Source: Salpingoeca rosetta
Taxonomy: Eukaryota > Protista > Choanoflagellata
DNA: 64,000 bases
Assembly: GCA_033442325.1 (NCBI GenBank)
Contig: JAWQFM010000015.1
Span: forward strand, 1,144,060-1,208,059
Reading direction: 5' to 3'
Of the stretch, positions 51,611 to 64,000 are shown piece after piece (position 1 is the stretch's first letter; the number at the start of each line of letters is the position of its first letter). A program made the position numbers and the translations under genes. Below the pieces are notes generated by a model. It worked only from the letters and a program-made list of their open reading frames with translations. It was not told where the DNA came from and did not search any database.

Positions 51611-52682
51611 GGAGCACGACATGGAGACGGTTGGTTCAGAGGACGAGGCAACACACGTCATCACCTCCCTCCCAAAGCGCGATCCTGCCGACGGTGCGTT
51701 GTGCACATAAAGATGTGTGAAGATGTATGTGTGTGTGTGTGTGTGCGCATGTATGTGTGCGCATGTATGTGTGGGCAAAATATTCCAGCCATCACCGTCA
51801 CATGACCTTGTTTGTTTCTCATCACCATTCCGCTGTCACCACATCACCACTTCACCACTTCACCATACCACAACCACACCACCACACCACCACCGCTATC
51901 ACCACCATCACCAGATGGTGAGGAGTGGCTGCGGCCTGTGCTGAAGCGCAAGGACCGCGTGCTGGCGCACTACTGGTACTTCCCGGACAGCTACGACACG
52001 TGGCTTCCCGCTCGCGACGTCGCTGCTGAGATTGAGCGATACCAGCGCAGAGGTGCGTTGATACGCACGTGGTGAACGGTGTATGGTGGTGGTGCTGTTG
52101 CTGTTGCTTGGTTGTTGTTGTTGTGTGGACAGCGATGAGATGAGTGATGCGACAACTCACGTCGCGGCTCCACTGCCCCTTGCCCCCCCCCGCAGACCGG
52201 TTCTACGTGAACGGGTACTGGTTGCTGCACACCGCCAAGTACAACGAGTTCATGAACGAGGAAGACTACGAGGACACGGACCCAGAGGTGCGGTTGGGCT
52301 GCTGCATTGTGTTGTGCGTCGAGTACGTGTGTTGTGTTATGTGCGTGCGTGTGTGTGTGTGCATTGTGCTATCGCTCACATGCTTCCTCACCATGTGCAC
52401 ACACACACACACACAGGAGGAGGAAGCGCGCTCGTCACCGACGCGCAACAGACGAACGACTCCGCCGTCGCGGCCAACACCAACCGTATCGGAAGCTGCG
52501 GCAGTCAAGACCGCGAGCACGCCATCAGCCGCGTCAAAGGCAAAGGCAAAGGCGAAGGCAAAGGCATCCTCATCGTCGCCAGCGTCATCCTCAGCAGCAA
52601 CAGCGGCAGCAGCAAGCAGCAGCGTGAGGGGCCGTGGCAGCCGCAGCAGCAAAGGCAGCAAAGCTGGCACTGGCAACAACAT

Positions 52683-52714
<32 letters not shown>

Positions 52715-52836
52715 GTGGTGGTGGCAGCAGCAAGGGGCGGCGATCATCAGCCAAGGCAGCAAACAACGGGTCGGTGATGGTGGTGGTGGTGGTGGTGGTG
52801 GTGGTGGTGGTGGGGCGTACGTGTGTGTACGTATGT

Positions 52837-52904
<68 letters not shown>

Positions 52905-53826
52905 GTGTGTGTGCGTGTGTGTGTGTGTGTGTTTGTGTGTGTTCGTGTGTGTGTCTTTTTTTTGTGTGTGTGTGCGTGCGTGTGTGCGTGCGTGCGTGTG
53001 TGTGCATGGTTTTGACATGTTGAAATGAAGAATTTCGTGTGCCGCGTATGGATTGTGTTTGACTCTCATGTTCTTGCATGTACACGCACACGCACGATCA
53101 TTCACGCTGTTGCTGTGTGAGCAGGAAGCGAAAGCATGAGGAAACACCTGCGAGCAAGAGCAAGCGCAGCAAGAAGGCCGCGGCGTCCAGCAAGCGAGCG
53201 AAGACCACCGACGATGATGACGATGATGGCGAGGAGGAGGAGGAGGACGTCGATCCCCGCATCGGCCTCCCGCCAGACACAAACTTGCAAGGTTGTGCAC
53301 GTGGTCATGTGTGTGTGTGTGTGTTGGAGGGATGGGTGCATTGTAGGTGTTCGTGGTTGTGTGCGTATGTGGATGTGGCTGTCACATGTATGTGGTTTGT
53401 GTGTGTTTCTCATTTCTCATTACCCACCACTCATCCCGTGGACAACGCGTGGGTCTACAGCTGTGCGTGTGGACGTTGAGAAAGCGCTGTTGGAGGCCGA
53501 CACAAATGCAAAGAAGAACGAGCTTCAGGTACACACGTACATACACACACAACGCGCGCACACGCACACGCATGCACGTGTGCGGATCGTCGTTGTGCGT
53601 TGTTGGCAATGCATGCCCTTGCTTGCTTGTTCCCTTGCTTCATCCATGTGATGTTCCACCCAGTACCCTCACCTTGACACACGCTCATCTTCGTCACCAC
53701 GACCACCTTCACCACGGTCATCACCATCATCGTCATCAGCCGATTCGAAGCGGTCATGTGCTCGACATTTCGCATTCAAAGGGAATTCCAATCCAAGCCG
53801 TTGAGGTGCGCACGGTCACGCGTGAT

Positions 53827-53908
<82 letters not shown>

Positions 53909-56900
53909 GTGTGTGTGTGTGCTGTGTATGTGTGAACTAGGGGACATTTTATTTTGTTGATGACCATTTGTTGCCGTGAAATGGCTGCTTCCACTCACTC
54001 TTGCGTGCGCACGCGCACGTGTGCGTGCATGTTTGTGTGGTTTTACTCCAGGGCGAGGCACCTGTTCCCAAGCCAGAGCAGCCAGCCAAGGTAGCGTCAT
54101 GCCATGCCATACCACGCCACGCCACACCACATCGTCGCACGAACAGCACGCTCGACAGCGCTGTTTGCATTCATGCCACACCAGCAGCACCATCACCACC
54201 ATCCACCACCATGTTCCCCTGTCACCCTCACTCACTCACATCAAACAACCAACCAATTACCGAGCAGAAGGCGAAGACGACGGAGGCGCAGCAGCAGCAC
54301 ATCATCATCCCGGCCGCCGCCGCCTGGTTCGACTACGAGAACATCCACGAAATTGAGATCCGCGCCCTGCCCGAGTTCTTCAACGGGAAGAGCAAGGGCA
54401 AGGCCCCGCAAGTGTAAGTCGGCTGATGTGCGTGTGTGTGTGTGTATGTATGTGTATGTATGTGTGTGTGCGTGTGTGTACGTGTGTGTGTGTGTACATG
54501 CGTGTAACGACGCGTCAGGGGTATTCGTGTGGACTGCGCGGTTTATCAATGTGTTGCATGGCTGCGCATGGTAACCTGACCCTTCTCGCCTCCACGTCAC
54601 TGTTCCATCTCCACCGCCACAGCTATATGGCGTACCGCAACTTCATGATTGACACGTATCGCCTCAACCCGTCCCAGTACCTCACAGCCACCGCCTGCCG
54701 CCGCAACCTCGGTGTGTACGTGTACATGCATGTGTGTGTGTGTCTGTGTGTCTGTGTCTGTGTCTGTGTCTGTGTCTGTGTCTGTGTACGTCTGCGTGTG
54801 CATCTGTGTGTGCATGCGGGGATCTGTGTGTGTGTGTGTGTGTACATGCATGTGCACATCTGCATGCGGACTGCCGTCGCTTGCCTGCCGCGTCGTGTTA
54901 TCATGTACTGACGACCGCAGCGACACCACACCTCTACCTCCCTCGCGTCTGCTCACACCACCGCAACTGCGTGCTGGGCTGATCTGCAGTTGGCGACGTG
55001 TGCGCGATTGTGCGCGTGCACGCGTTCCTGGAGCAGTGGGGCCTTATCAACTTCCAGGTGCGGTCTTGCTCTGGTTTTGTGTTGATTGGTTTTAGTACCA
55101 CCTGGACGTGAGCCTCCACCTTGACACACACGCACGCACGCACGCACACGCACGCACGCGCACACACGCACGCACGCGCACGCATACACACGCACACACA
55201 CACACTCACTCACTCACACGCACACTCTCTGTTGTGTGTGTTGCAGGTTGACAAGGAGACGCGACCGACAGCTGTTGGGCCGCCGCCAACATCCCACTTC
55301 CACATTCTCGGGGACACCCCGCAGGGCTTGCAGCCGCTGCACATGAAGAAGCTCGCTGACGAGGTGTGGCGCGTTGTTGTTGCTGCTGTGCGCGCGTGTG
55401 TGTGTGTGACCATGTGTGTGTGTGTGTGCACCTGCCCATATCTGTTTTCTCGGCTCTAATGCACACATACATACCCACACGCACACAACCAACCACCCAC
55501 ACGCACACACGCACACACCTTCACCTTGGCGTTTACAGCAAGCGAGGGGTGATGCAAAGGCGCGTGTTGTTGATCTGCCAACGCCACAGCTGGGCATCCG
55601 CAGCACGTCCACAGCGACTGCACAGAACTTTGGACTGCGCCGGGATTTGTACAGCCGGCCAGCAAGCGAGGAGGGCGCGCCGTGGAGCGACCATGTGCGT
55701 TGTCTTCGTGCATTTTGCTGCTTGCATGCGCACTGTTGTGTTTTTGTTTGTGTTGTGTGCTTGTCTTTGTGTTTGTGTGCTTGTGCTGGTGCTTGTGTTG
55801 TATTTCCTGTGATCCTGTGTGTTCTTTGGATAAGTGGCATCTCTCCTCACCCTTCACTCCTCCTACCACCACGTCGACCACCGCCACCAGGAGGTGCTTG
55901 CGCTGCTTGAGGCCGTGGATCTTCACCGCGACGATTGGATGCGCGTGCGCGATCACGTCAACCGCGTCTGCTACGCCGGCGAGGCCGTCCGCAGCCACGA
56001 CGACTGCGTCCTCGCATTCATCAGGTGCCATACTTGTGCCACGATGGTGATGATGATGATGATGATGACGATGATGATGATGATGATGCGTGTTGTGTGT
56101 GTGTGTGTGACTTTGTATGCGAAGTGCATGTTTGTTCGCCTGTATGCGCGGCTGCACTTCGTTCTCCCCCCCCCACACACACACACAATAGCCGCTGCTC
56201 ACCCTCGCCACACCACCATTCCCCTTCACTCCCCTGCCCACCAATCAGGCTGCCGATTGAGGACACGTTCCTGCATGAGGAGACGAAGGTTGATGCTGAT
56301 CCAATCCCTTTTGTCACCGCACAGAATCCACTCATGAAGACGCTTGCTTTTCTCGCCTCTGTGGTCGAGGTCAGTGCACCGCCCAGGCATTGCTTTGTTG
56401 TTGCGTGTTTGTTTGTTCGTTTGTTTACTGTGCGGTTTCATGCGTGCACGTGCATGTGCATGTGCGTTTGTGCACGCGCTTAATGTGTGTGGGTGCGTCA
56501 TGCAACGGAACTTGCTTGGCTCGCACCGATGACGCTTCTCCCCTCCCCCGTCCGTTTCCCTTCACGATCACGTTTCCCACCCGTTTTCCCCCTCTCTGCC
56601 ATGCAGCCGAGTGTTGCTGCTGACGCGGCGCGGGCAGCCATGCTCAAGATTGGCGAGCGACACACAGCGGCAGCAGCGGCAGCAGCAGCAGCAGGGGGAA
56701 GAGATGGAGCGAAGGAGGGCGAGGAGGAGGAGAAGAAGGAAGGTAAAGCAAAGATGGATAAGGGCAGTGATGGGGCGAAGGAAACAGAGACAGCAGTAGC
56801 GGCAAAGCAACAAGGGGGATCGAAGGAAGAAGAACGCAAGGCAACAAAGACGCCGGTAACGCAATTGGTGCAACTGCTTCGGTCGCGTATGACCCTGGGC

Positions 56901-58135
56901 ACGGGCGATAAGCAAGCACCAGCACCAGCAGCACCAGCAGCAGCAGAAGAGCAGCGCAGATCCAAGGCAGTTACGGCAGAGGAGGGAGAGGGCACTGGTG
57001 CTGGTGGTGCGATGGACACGAGCGAGGACGCAAGCGCGCCGGCACAGTCGTCCCAGCAACAGGCAGTGAAGAAGGAAGGCGACAAGGCCCAGCCAGCACA
57101 AGCAGAAGCAGCACAGCAGGGCACGACAGCCACTGCATCAGCAACAGCAGCACCGCCGTCATCATCATCATCATCCTCGTCGTCGTCGTCACAGGCAAAG
57201 CCGCCCGGGTGGGCGTGGACGGCGGAAGAGTCGAAGGAGCTGCAGGCGCTGGTGACGAGCGAAGACGTGCAGGAGGCGTCACGCGCAGCGCTCAAGGCAG
57301 CGTCCAACAAGGCCATGGTGGGTGCGCTGCCGTGTGTTAGAACGAGAGGGGGGATGGCGGAGCAGTGGTGGTAGAGGCGGTGGAGGGGAAGAGATGCTTG
57401 AAAAAGGAGGCATGCGCACTTGGTCATCGCAGTAACAGTGGTGGCAACGGGAGTGGCGGTGGTGGTGACAATGACGCCAGATGTGTTGCTGTGCATTTGT
57501 TGTGTTGTGTTGTGTTTTGCTGTGTTGTGTTGTGCTGTGCTGTGCTGTGCTGCGTTGTGTGTGAGAGTGATTGGCTGCGTGTGCGTGGAGACGCCATTCC
57601 TTCTCACGAAAACACAACACCACCACACCCTACGCGTCCTTGTCTTGGCATGCGTGCGTGCTGTATGCATACTTGCGCTTCTCCCCCTGTGCCTGCCCCT
57701 TCTCCTCCCCTCTGTGAAGGCGTTGGCGCGGGCGGCTGAGCGGCACATCCGGGCGCTGACGGCGGGCCTGATTGACGTGCAGCTGCAGAAGATGGAGATG
57801 AAGTTGCGCCACCTGCAGGACATTGAGGCATGGATGACCTCTCTCCAGGCAGACGTGCGTCGGCTGCTCCTTTTGCGTATACGTGTGTATGTGTATGTGT
57901 GTGTTTGTGTATATGTGTGTGTATGTGTGTGTGTGCGTTTACGTGTGCCTTGATGTGTGTGTGTGTGCGCGCGCGTGTGCTCTCTGTGATTGGCACGGGC
58001 ACTCACCCCCACGTTGAACTGCTTCTGCTGCTGGTCTTGCACACGACGTGTTGCGCGTGCAGACGGTGCGCAAGCGCCAGGAGGCCATGGCCGAGCGGGC
58101 GCGCGTGTTTGCAGAGCGCCTTCGCATTCAAGAGG

Positions 58136-58189
<54 letters not shown>

Positions 58190-58278
58190 GTGTGTGTGTG
58201 TGTGTGTGTGCGCGCGCGCTTGGCAATGCACCTTTGCCATCCCAAATCGCATCATCCACTGTGGTGTATCCGTGATGG

Positions 58279-58311
<33 letters not shown>

Positions 58312-58418
58312 CTTGCCTCACCGTGTCACTCGCTGCCATCTCACTTGTACTGCTTTGCACCTGTGCTGCGTGCCAATCCACTCCCTAGGCCGCCCGTCGT
58401 GGGCAGGATATCGCATAG
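50031..58418 (+). CDS. SMARCC: SWI/SNF subunit SMARCC (BAF155/BAF170/Swi3 family), multi-exon
   Basis: N-terminus [14 protein letters not shown]; chromo-like [27 protein letters not shown] and [11 protein letters not shown]; [70 protein letters not shown]; [14 protein letters not shown]; [22 protein letters not shown]; coiled coil [12 protein letters not shown]; inferred last exon ends TAG at 58418. Confidence 0.95.
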
Positions 58419-58688
58419 CGCCGCAGCGGACACATCCATCATGAGCCAGCGACAAGGGTTGAATGAAGGATGAAGGGAGGAGTGGCGTGCATGTTGTTGG
58501 TGTTGGTGTTTGTGTGGAAGCAACAGTGCCTCTCTGTCTGTATGTTTGTTTGGACGTTTGTGTGTCCGTTAAGATGTTTGGTTGATGAGTTTCTGTTTGG
58601 TGTCTGTTTCATGTCATCCATCATACACAAGCCGAGACAAGCGAATGACATTGTGATGTGACATTGCGAGAATCGAGTGACTGTGAGA

Positions 58689-58816
<128 letters not shown>

Positions 58817-58977
58817 CCTCTTAACGTGCCATGTTTTTTGCTCCGTCAGCAGATTCTGATATGACAACAAAAAGCGTGACTTTGACGCGGATAATTTTCA
58901 CCAGCGATGACGTCATATCTTCATTTAACAATAGCATTCAAATTCGTGCAGCGCGTATTGTGTCGCGCACAGAGAGG

Positions 58978-61560
58978 ATGGCCAGCTTTGCGCACAACAA
59001 CCCGCACCCGATTGTGGCAGAGACAGGGATTGGCCGTCACCACGATGATGGAGCAGGGTCATGGGCGAACAAGCCATCTGGTGCAAAGGGTGCACGTCCT
59101 CAATACCAGCCGTACGCCCAGGTCTACTCGGCTGGCACGCATACCCCGTCATCGCCGTATACTGATGTGAAGCTCTTCACCCTGGAAGGCGATGGTGGGC
59201 GTGGGGGCTCAAGTACGGTCGACGAAAAGCAAGGACGGGGTTGCGGGCTCAAGGCTCTCCTGGTTGTCTTGCTCGTGGTCATTGTCGCCGCGGCTGTGAG
59301 TGTGCCAGTAGCCGTGACGAGCACAGCGGCTGGTGCCAGCAAGAGCCGCGGCCAGAGCGCTTCAAACGTCACCACAACAGCAGCTGTTGTGACAAGCGCA
59401 GGCACGACAGTTCATCCAGCAACGACTGTGACAACGGCCAATATCACCACCAGCACCGCCTCTACGACCCCACCGACAACATCAAGTACTACAACGACTA
59501 CTACAACGACTACTACAACCACTACAACCACTACAACAACAACAACGACTACCACAACCACAACAACCACTACCACAACAACCACTACCACAACAACCAC
59601 TACCACAACAACAACCACTACCACAACAACAACCACTACCACTACCACGACGACAACCACTACAACAACCACTACGACCACTACAACAACCACTACGACC
59701 ACGACTTCAACAACAACAACAAGCACAACAACAACCACAACCACTACCACGACGACAACCACAACAACAACAACATCCACAACCACAACGACCACGCTCT
59801 CCCCTGACATCTTGGACTGTGATAACCCGAACTCGCGCCTCTATTTTGCGACTCAAGCCATGACCACTGCAGCTGCTGTTGTGAACTGCTGCTGTGACGA
59901 GTTCTACGCGTTGGAGAGCGTGAATGGATCGGTGACGCTGCGCAACACGGAGACATCCTTGCAGTTTGGGTCCGTGGTGCATGTTGGCGGGGACATTTCA
60001 GGTGTTAGTGGCGGCGCACTTGAGTCTGTTGACTTTGGGCAGGTGACAACTGTTGGTGGTGATGTTGCTATTCACTACACCAACCCTGTTAGCGCCATTG
60101 CGTTCGGCTCGCTGCGCGATGTCGGCGGCACCGTTAGCTTGGCAGGCACAAGCTTCAGTGTTGCCCAAGGAGGGGTGACTGGGAATGTGCTGATTTCGGC
60201 GCAGACACTGGAGAGCATCGACTTTGGCGGCATCACCGGTGTCAGCGGTTACGTCAGGTTCACCTCCAACGCTGCCCTGACCAGCATCAACTTTGGCAAG
60301 ATCACCAGTGTGGGTGCCTACGTGGAGTTTTTGCGCAACGATGCCCTCACCAGCGTTGACTTTGGCAGCATCGCCGGCATTGGCGTCACTGGTGGCAGTT
60401 TTGGCGGGTACATTAAGTTCTTTTCCAACGATGCCCTCACCAGCATCGACTTTGGCAGCATCACCAACGTGGTCACGTACATTGAACTCAATTCGAATGC
60501 TGCGCTCACCAGCATCAACTTTGGCAGCATTACGAGCGTGGGCACCTACATCAGATGCGTCGTCAATAGCGCCCTTGTTGCCGTTGACTTTGGCAGCATT
60601 GCCAGCGTGGGTGCAGACATTGACATCAGCACCAACGCTGCCCTCACCAGCATCAGCTTTGGAAGCATCACCAGCATCGGCGGTTACACCAAGTTCACCT
60701 CCAACGCTGCTCTCACCAGCATCAACTTTGCCAACGTTGCCAGCGTGAATGGGTACATGAGCTTCACTTCCAACGCTGCCCTGGCCAATGTCGACTTCAG
60801 CGGCATCACCAGCGTGGGTGGTTTCGTGTCGTTCCTCTACAGCGACGCCCTGGCCAATGTGAACTTCAACAGCGTCACCAGCGTGGGTGAGCACGTGTAC
60901 TTCTTCACCAACAACGCCCTCACCAGCATCAACTTTGGCAGCATCACCAGCGTGGGCACCTACGTCTGGCTCTATTCCAACGCCGCGCTCACCAGCGTTG
61001 ACTTTGGTGGCATGGGAAGCGTGGGGACGTACGTTGAGTTCAAGAGCAACCCCGCCCTAACCAGCATTGATTTCCGCAGCCTGGGCAGCATCACCCAAGA
61101 TCTGAGACTCTTGTTCAACCACGCCCTCACGAGCTTCAGCATTAGCAGCGTACTCAGACTGGGCAGACTGGTGCGCTTTGAGTCGAACAATGCCCTCACC
61201 CACATTGACTTCGGCAGCACCATCAGCGTGGGCAACTCCATGCTTTTTAAGAACAACCAGGCACTGACCTCTGTGGACTTTGGCAGCATTACCCGTGCGG
61301 AGAGCGGCATCAAGTTTGAGAACAACGACGCGCTGACGATCGTGGACTTTGGCAGCATCACCTTTGTTGGCTTCACCATCGACTTTAAGGACAACGGCGC
61401 CATCACCAGCATTGACTTTGGCAGCATCAACAGCGTGGGTGGAATGCTCTCCTTTACAAACAACGACCTCCTGACCACTGCCAACTGCCATGGCCTCAAC
61501 GCAATGTGTGTGAACAACAACGATGGCATCACGCTCATCGCCTGCCCAATGGTGTGCTGA
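58978..61560 (+). CDS. Type II membrane protein with a Thr stalk and about 20 23-aa receptor-L-domain/Ecm33-like LRR solenoid repeats, single exon
   Basis: Likely start MASFAHNN. Tyr-containing cytosolic N-terminus, TM ALLVVLLVVIVAAAVSVPVAV, poly-Thr stalk, Cys cap, repeats xxNxALTSIxFGSITSVGxYxxF, C-terminal Cys cap. Confidence 0.85.
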   Translation: MASFAHNNPHPIVAETGIGRHHDDGAGSWANKPSGAKGARPQYQPYAQVYSAGTHTPSSPYTDVKLFTLEGDGGRGGSSTVDEKQGRGCGLKALLVVLLVVIVAAAVSVPVAVTSTAAGASKSRGQSASNVTTTAAVVTSAGTTVHPATTVTTANITTSTASTTPPTTSSTTTTTTTTTTTTTTTTTTTTTTTTTTTTTTTTTTTTTTTTTTTTTTTTTTTTTTTTTTTTTTTTTTTTTTTTTSTTTTSTTTTTTTTTTTTTTTTTSTTTTTTLSPDILDCDNPNSRLYFATQAMTTAAAVVNCCCDEFYALESVNGSVTLRNTETSLQFGSVVHVGGDISGVSGGALESVDFGQVTTVGGDVAIHYTNPVSAIAFGSLRDVGGTVSLAGTSFSVAQGGVTGNVLISAQTLESIDFGGITGVSGYVRFTSNAALTSINFGKITSVGAYVEFLRNDALTSVDFGSIAGIGVTGGSFGGYIKFFSNDALTSIDFGSITNVVTYIELNSNAALTSINFGSITSVGTYIRCVVNSALVAVDFGSIASVGADIDISTNAALTSISFGSITSIGGYTKFTSNAALTSINFANVASVNGYMSFTSNAALANVDFSGITSVGGFVSFLYSDALANVNFNSVTSVGEHVYFFTNNALTSINFGSITSVGTYVWLYSNAALTSVDFGGMGSVGTYVEFKSNPALTSIDFRSLGSITQDLRLLFNHALTSFSISSVLRLGRLVRFESNNALTHIDFGSTISVGNSMLFKNNQALTSVDFGSITRAESGIKFENNDALTIVDFGSITFVGFTIDFKDNGAITSIDFGSINSVGGMLSFTNNDLLTTANCHGLNAMCVNNNDGITLIACPMVC

Positions 61561-61573
61561 TACTGATACCCTT

Positions 61574-61625
<52 letters not shown>

Positions 61626-61885
61626 CGGTTGTTGTTGTCGGTTGTTGTTGTTGTTGTTGTTGTTGTTTGTTGTTGTTGGTGGTGATGTTGTTGTTGTTTG
61701 TTGTCGGTGGTGGTGCTGGTACTGTCTTTTCGTCCCTCGATTGCCAGTGCTGTGTGTTTCTTTTGCGTCTTTCCTTCTTGGTTTGGAGTGTCGAATGAAC
61801 AGAACTTCGTGCGTTCATTGTTGAGAGAGGCTGAAAGACTCTCGAGAGTCGAGACAGAGGAGCCTGCCACTTGCACGTCTACTCG

Positions 61886-61968
<83 letters not shown>

Positions 61969-62112
61969 GCGGCTCGTCCTATATTCAGTCAGGGCCTATA
62001 AACAGTACGATTATGCCACAGGCGTGCATTTATTCCGCACCACCACCACACAAACCGCATCTCACACCACTGCCCGCACCACCAGCACCCCACACACCAA
62101 CCGACTGTCGCC

Positions 62113-62465
62113 ATGTCTGAGAAGAAGAGCAAGCACAGCTCGATTGGGCTTGCGGAGAGCGCGTTGGACGCCCTGCTCCAGGCCGTCTCCAAGAACAGGA
62201 CCGACGACGCAGCGTAAGTGCCCGAGCTGTGAGATGGAGAGAATCGCGTGCACCCGCATATGTGTGCCTGTTTGTGAAACGAGACGAACAATGCACCCCT
62301 GTCTGGCCTGGTTCCCGTTCTTCATATGGTGGCTGTTCACACTTGTCTGCCCATATGTGTGCGTGTGCGAACTACTCATGGCCCAGGAACTTTGTTTCCA
62401 TGCTGGAGGATATGAAGAAGAAGTGGAAGGATGCTGGCCCATCAAGTGGGTGTCGTCATGTGTTG

Positions 62466-62540
<75 letters not shown>

Positions 62541-63757
62541 TGGTAGTGTGTCTCTCGATTACGACCCCTCTCTGTCTCTCTCCCTCCCTCCCTCCCTCGC
62601 TGCCTGTGCTCGAGTTTTCACGCGTGCGTGCTTGTCATAGGTTTTTGCCACTGCTGCTGCTGCTGGCAGTGGACATCCATTGCCCATTTGTGACTAACAA
62701 TCAAAATGTCGCGTGCTTTCAGAAACCGGTTGCGTCAACATGGTTGACCGTGCCATCAAGTTCATCCACGAAGCATACGAGGAGTACGTGCGCTCTTACG
62801 ATGGCTGCCGGCGTGACGTGTGGCGTGTGGCGTGTGGCGTGTGGTGGTGTGGCGTGTGGCGTATGGCGTGTGGCGTGTTATGCTCTCCGTCAGAACAAGG
62901 GGTTGCAATGGCCCCGAGTTCCCAAACCCCTCATCAAGCACACTGACTCGCTCGCATAATCCACGCACTCACGCTCTGTCAATGCGCACGCTCTCTCTTC
63001 GCTGTGGGAAACAGGTGCGAGGGAGACCCAGACATCAAGCCCATCGCAGGAAGTGAACTGTCCGCCCGCTCCTCAGACGTGCGGTGCCTCACATGTGCAT
63101 TCCACACACGTACACAAGTTGTTCCAACCGTGTCGCTGGTACAGCGTCATTCTATCCTTTCAGCTGACAACCACCATTGTGCCTGTCACACACACACACA
63201 CACGCACGCACGCACGTGCAGGGCCACCTGCCTGACATTTACAACGTGCGGTCGTTCCGCAACCGCTACAAGGAGCTGCGGCGTGAAGTGCTGAGCAAGT
63301 TGGCAGACCTCAAGGAGGAGCTTGGCACCGTCATTCCCATGATCTGCCAGCAGTCCATTGAACACATCCACGTCAACGAGATTGTCATGACAAGCGGTGC
63401 GTGTGTGTATGTGGGTTTGTGTTTGTGCGTGTGCTCGTGTTTTGTGGTTGAGCGTGTGTGCGTGAGCGTACGTGGGTGTGCGCGAGCGTGCGTGAATGTG
63501 CACGAGTATTTGTGTGTGCTCGTCCGTTATTTTAATCCTGGATCACCATTAGCCACTTCATGTCACACTGCCACCATCACACGTCATGGCTGCGTGCAAT
63601 CCTCACGCGCTCCCCACATGCATCCCCCTTCCATCATCACGTGTGCGTGTGTCCCCGTCCAGGTTACTCCACCACCATCCTGGAGTTTTGCAAGAAAGTG
63701 CGCGCGAGCGGCCGCCAATTCCACATTATCGTCGCAGAGAGCGAACCCGTCACAGCG
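62113..63757 (+). CDS. EIF2B2: Translation initiation factor eIF2B subunit beta, 3'-truncated by the window end
   Basis: ETGCVNMVDRAIKFIHEAY and ICQQSIEHIHVNEIVMTSG|YSTTILEFCKKVRASGRQFHIIVAESEP parallel eIF2B-beta ([48 protein letters not shown]). Confidence 0.87.
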
Positions 63758-63932
63758 GTGCGTGCGTGTTTGTATGTTTCCTTGCAAATGGGTTTGGTGG
63801 ATGACTGCTTTCGTACTTTGGTGATCTCTCTTCTTGATCTCGGTGTGCAACTCGGTTCACGTTCCTCCACTCCAAGCCTCCCCTCCCCCCCTCCTCTCTC
63901 CTCCTCCCCTCCCCTCCCCACACACCACCACA

Positions 63933-64000
<68 letters not shown>

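Noticed and set aside
56498-58381. 627-aa minus-strand ORF
   Set aside because: Antisense to SMARCC exons plus microsatellite introns.

Overview
Intron-rich, microsatellite-laden eukaryotic DNA; the (GT)n/(CA)n-filled introns and holozoan gene content suggest a choanoflagellate, probably Salpingoeca (inference). Gene models were built by hand-splicing GT-AG exons. In order: a 5'-truncated TRPM-family channel with an apparent RyR-repeat domain inserted in its cytosolic N-terminus; a small Cys-repeat type I membrane protein; a ~3,100-aa surface protein (mucin, Cys repeats, five IPT/TIG-like repeats, Kunitz, Gly-Tyr-Asp repeats around a tyrosinase with all six Cu-binding His, VWC, Kazal, TM) carrying three frameshifts; a full-length Ty1/copia element (apparently identical 362-bp LTRs, AATTC TSD, PBS matching an internal tRNA-Met segment); HAUS6; an A20-like ZnF/SH3/coiled-coil adaptor; a secreted PAN protein; a GPI-type pectinacetylesterase/Notum-family esterase; SMARCC/SWI3; a type II membrane L-domain/LRR-like solenoid protein; and the 5' part of eIF2B-beta. 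Two assembly gaps. The best candidates for undescribed biology are the TRPM-RyR fusion and the membrane-tethered tyrosinase flanked by its own Tyr-rich repeats.
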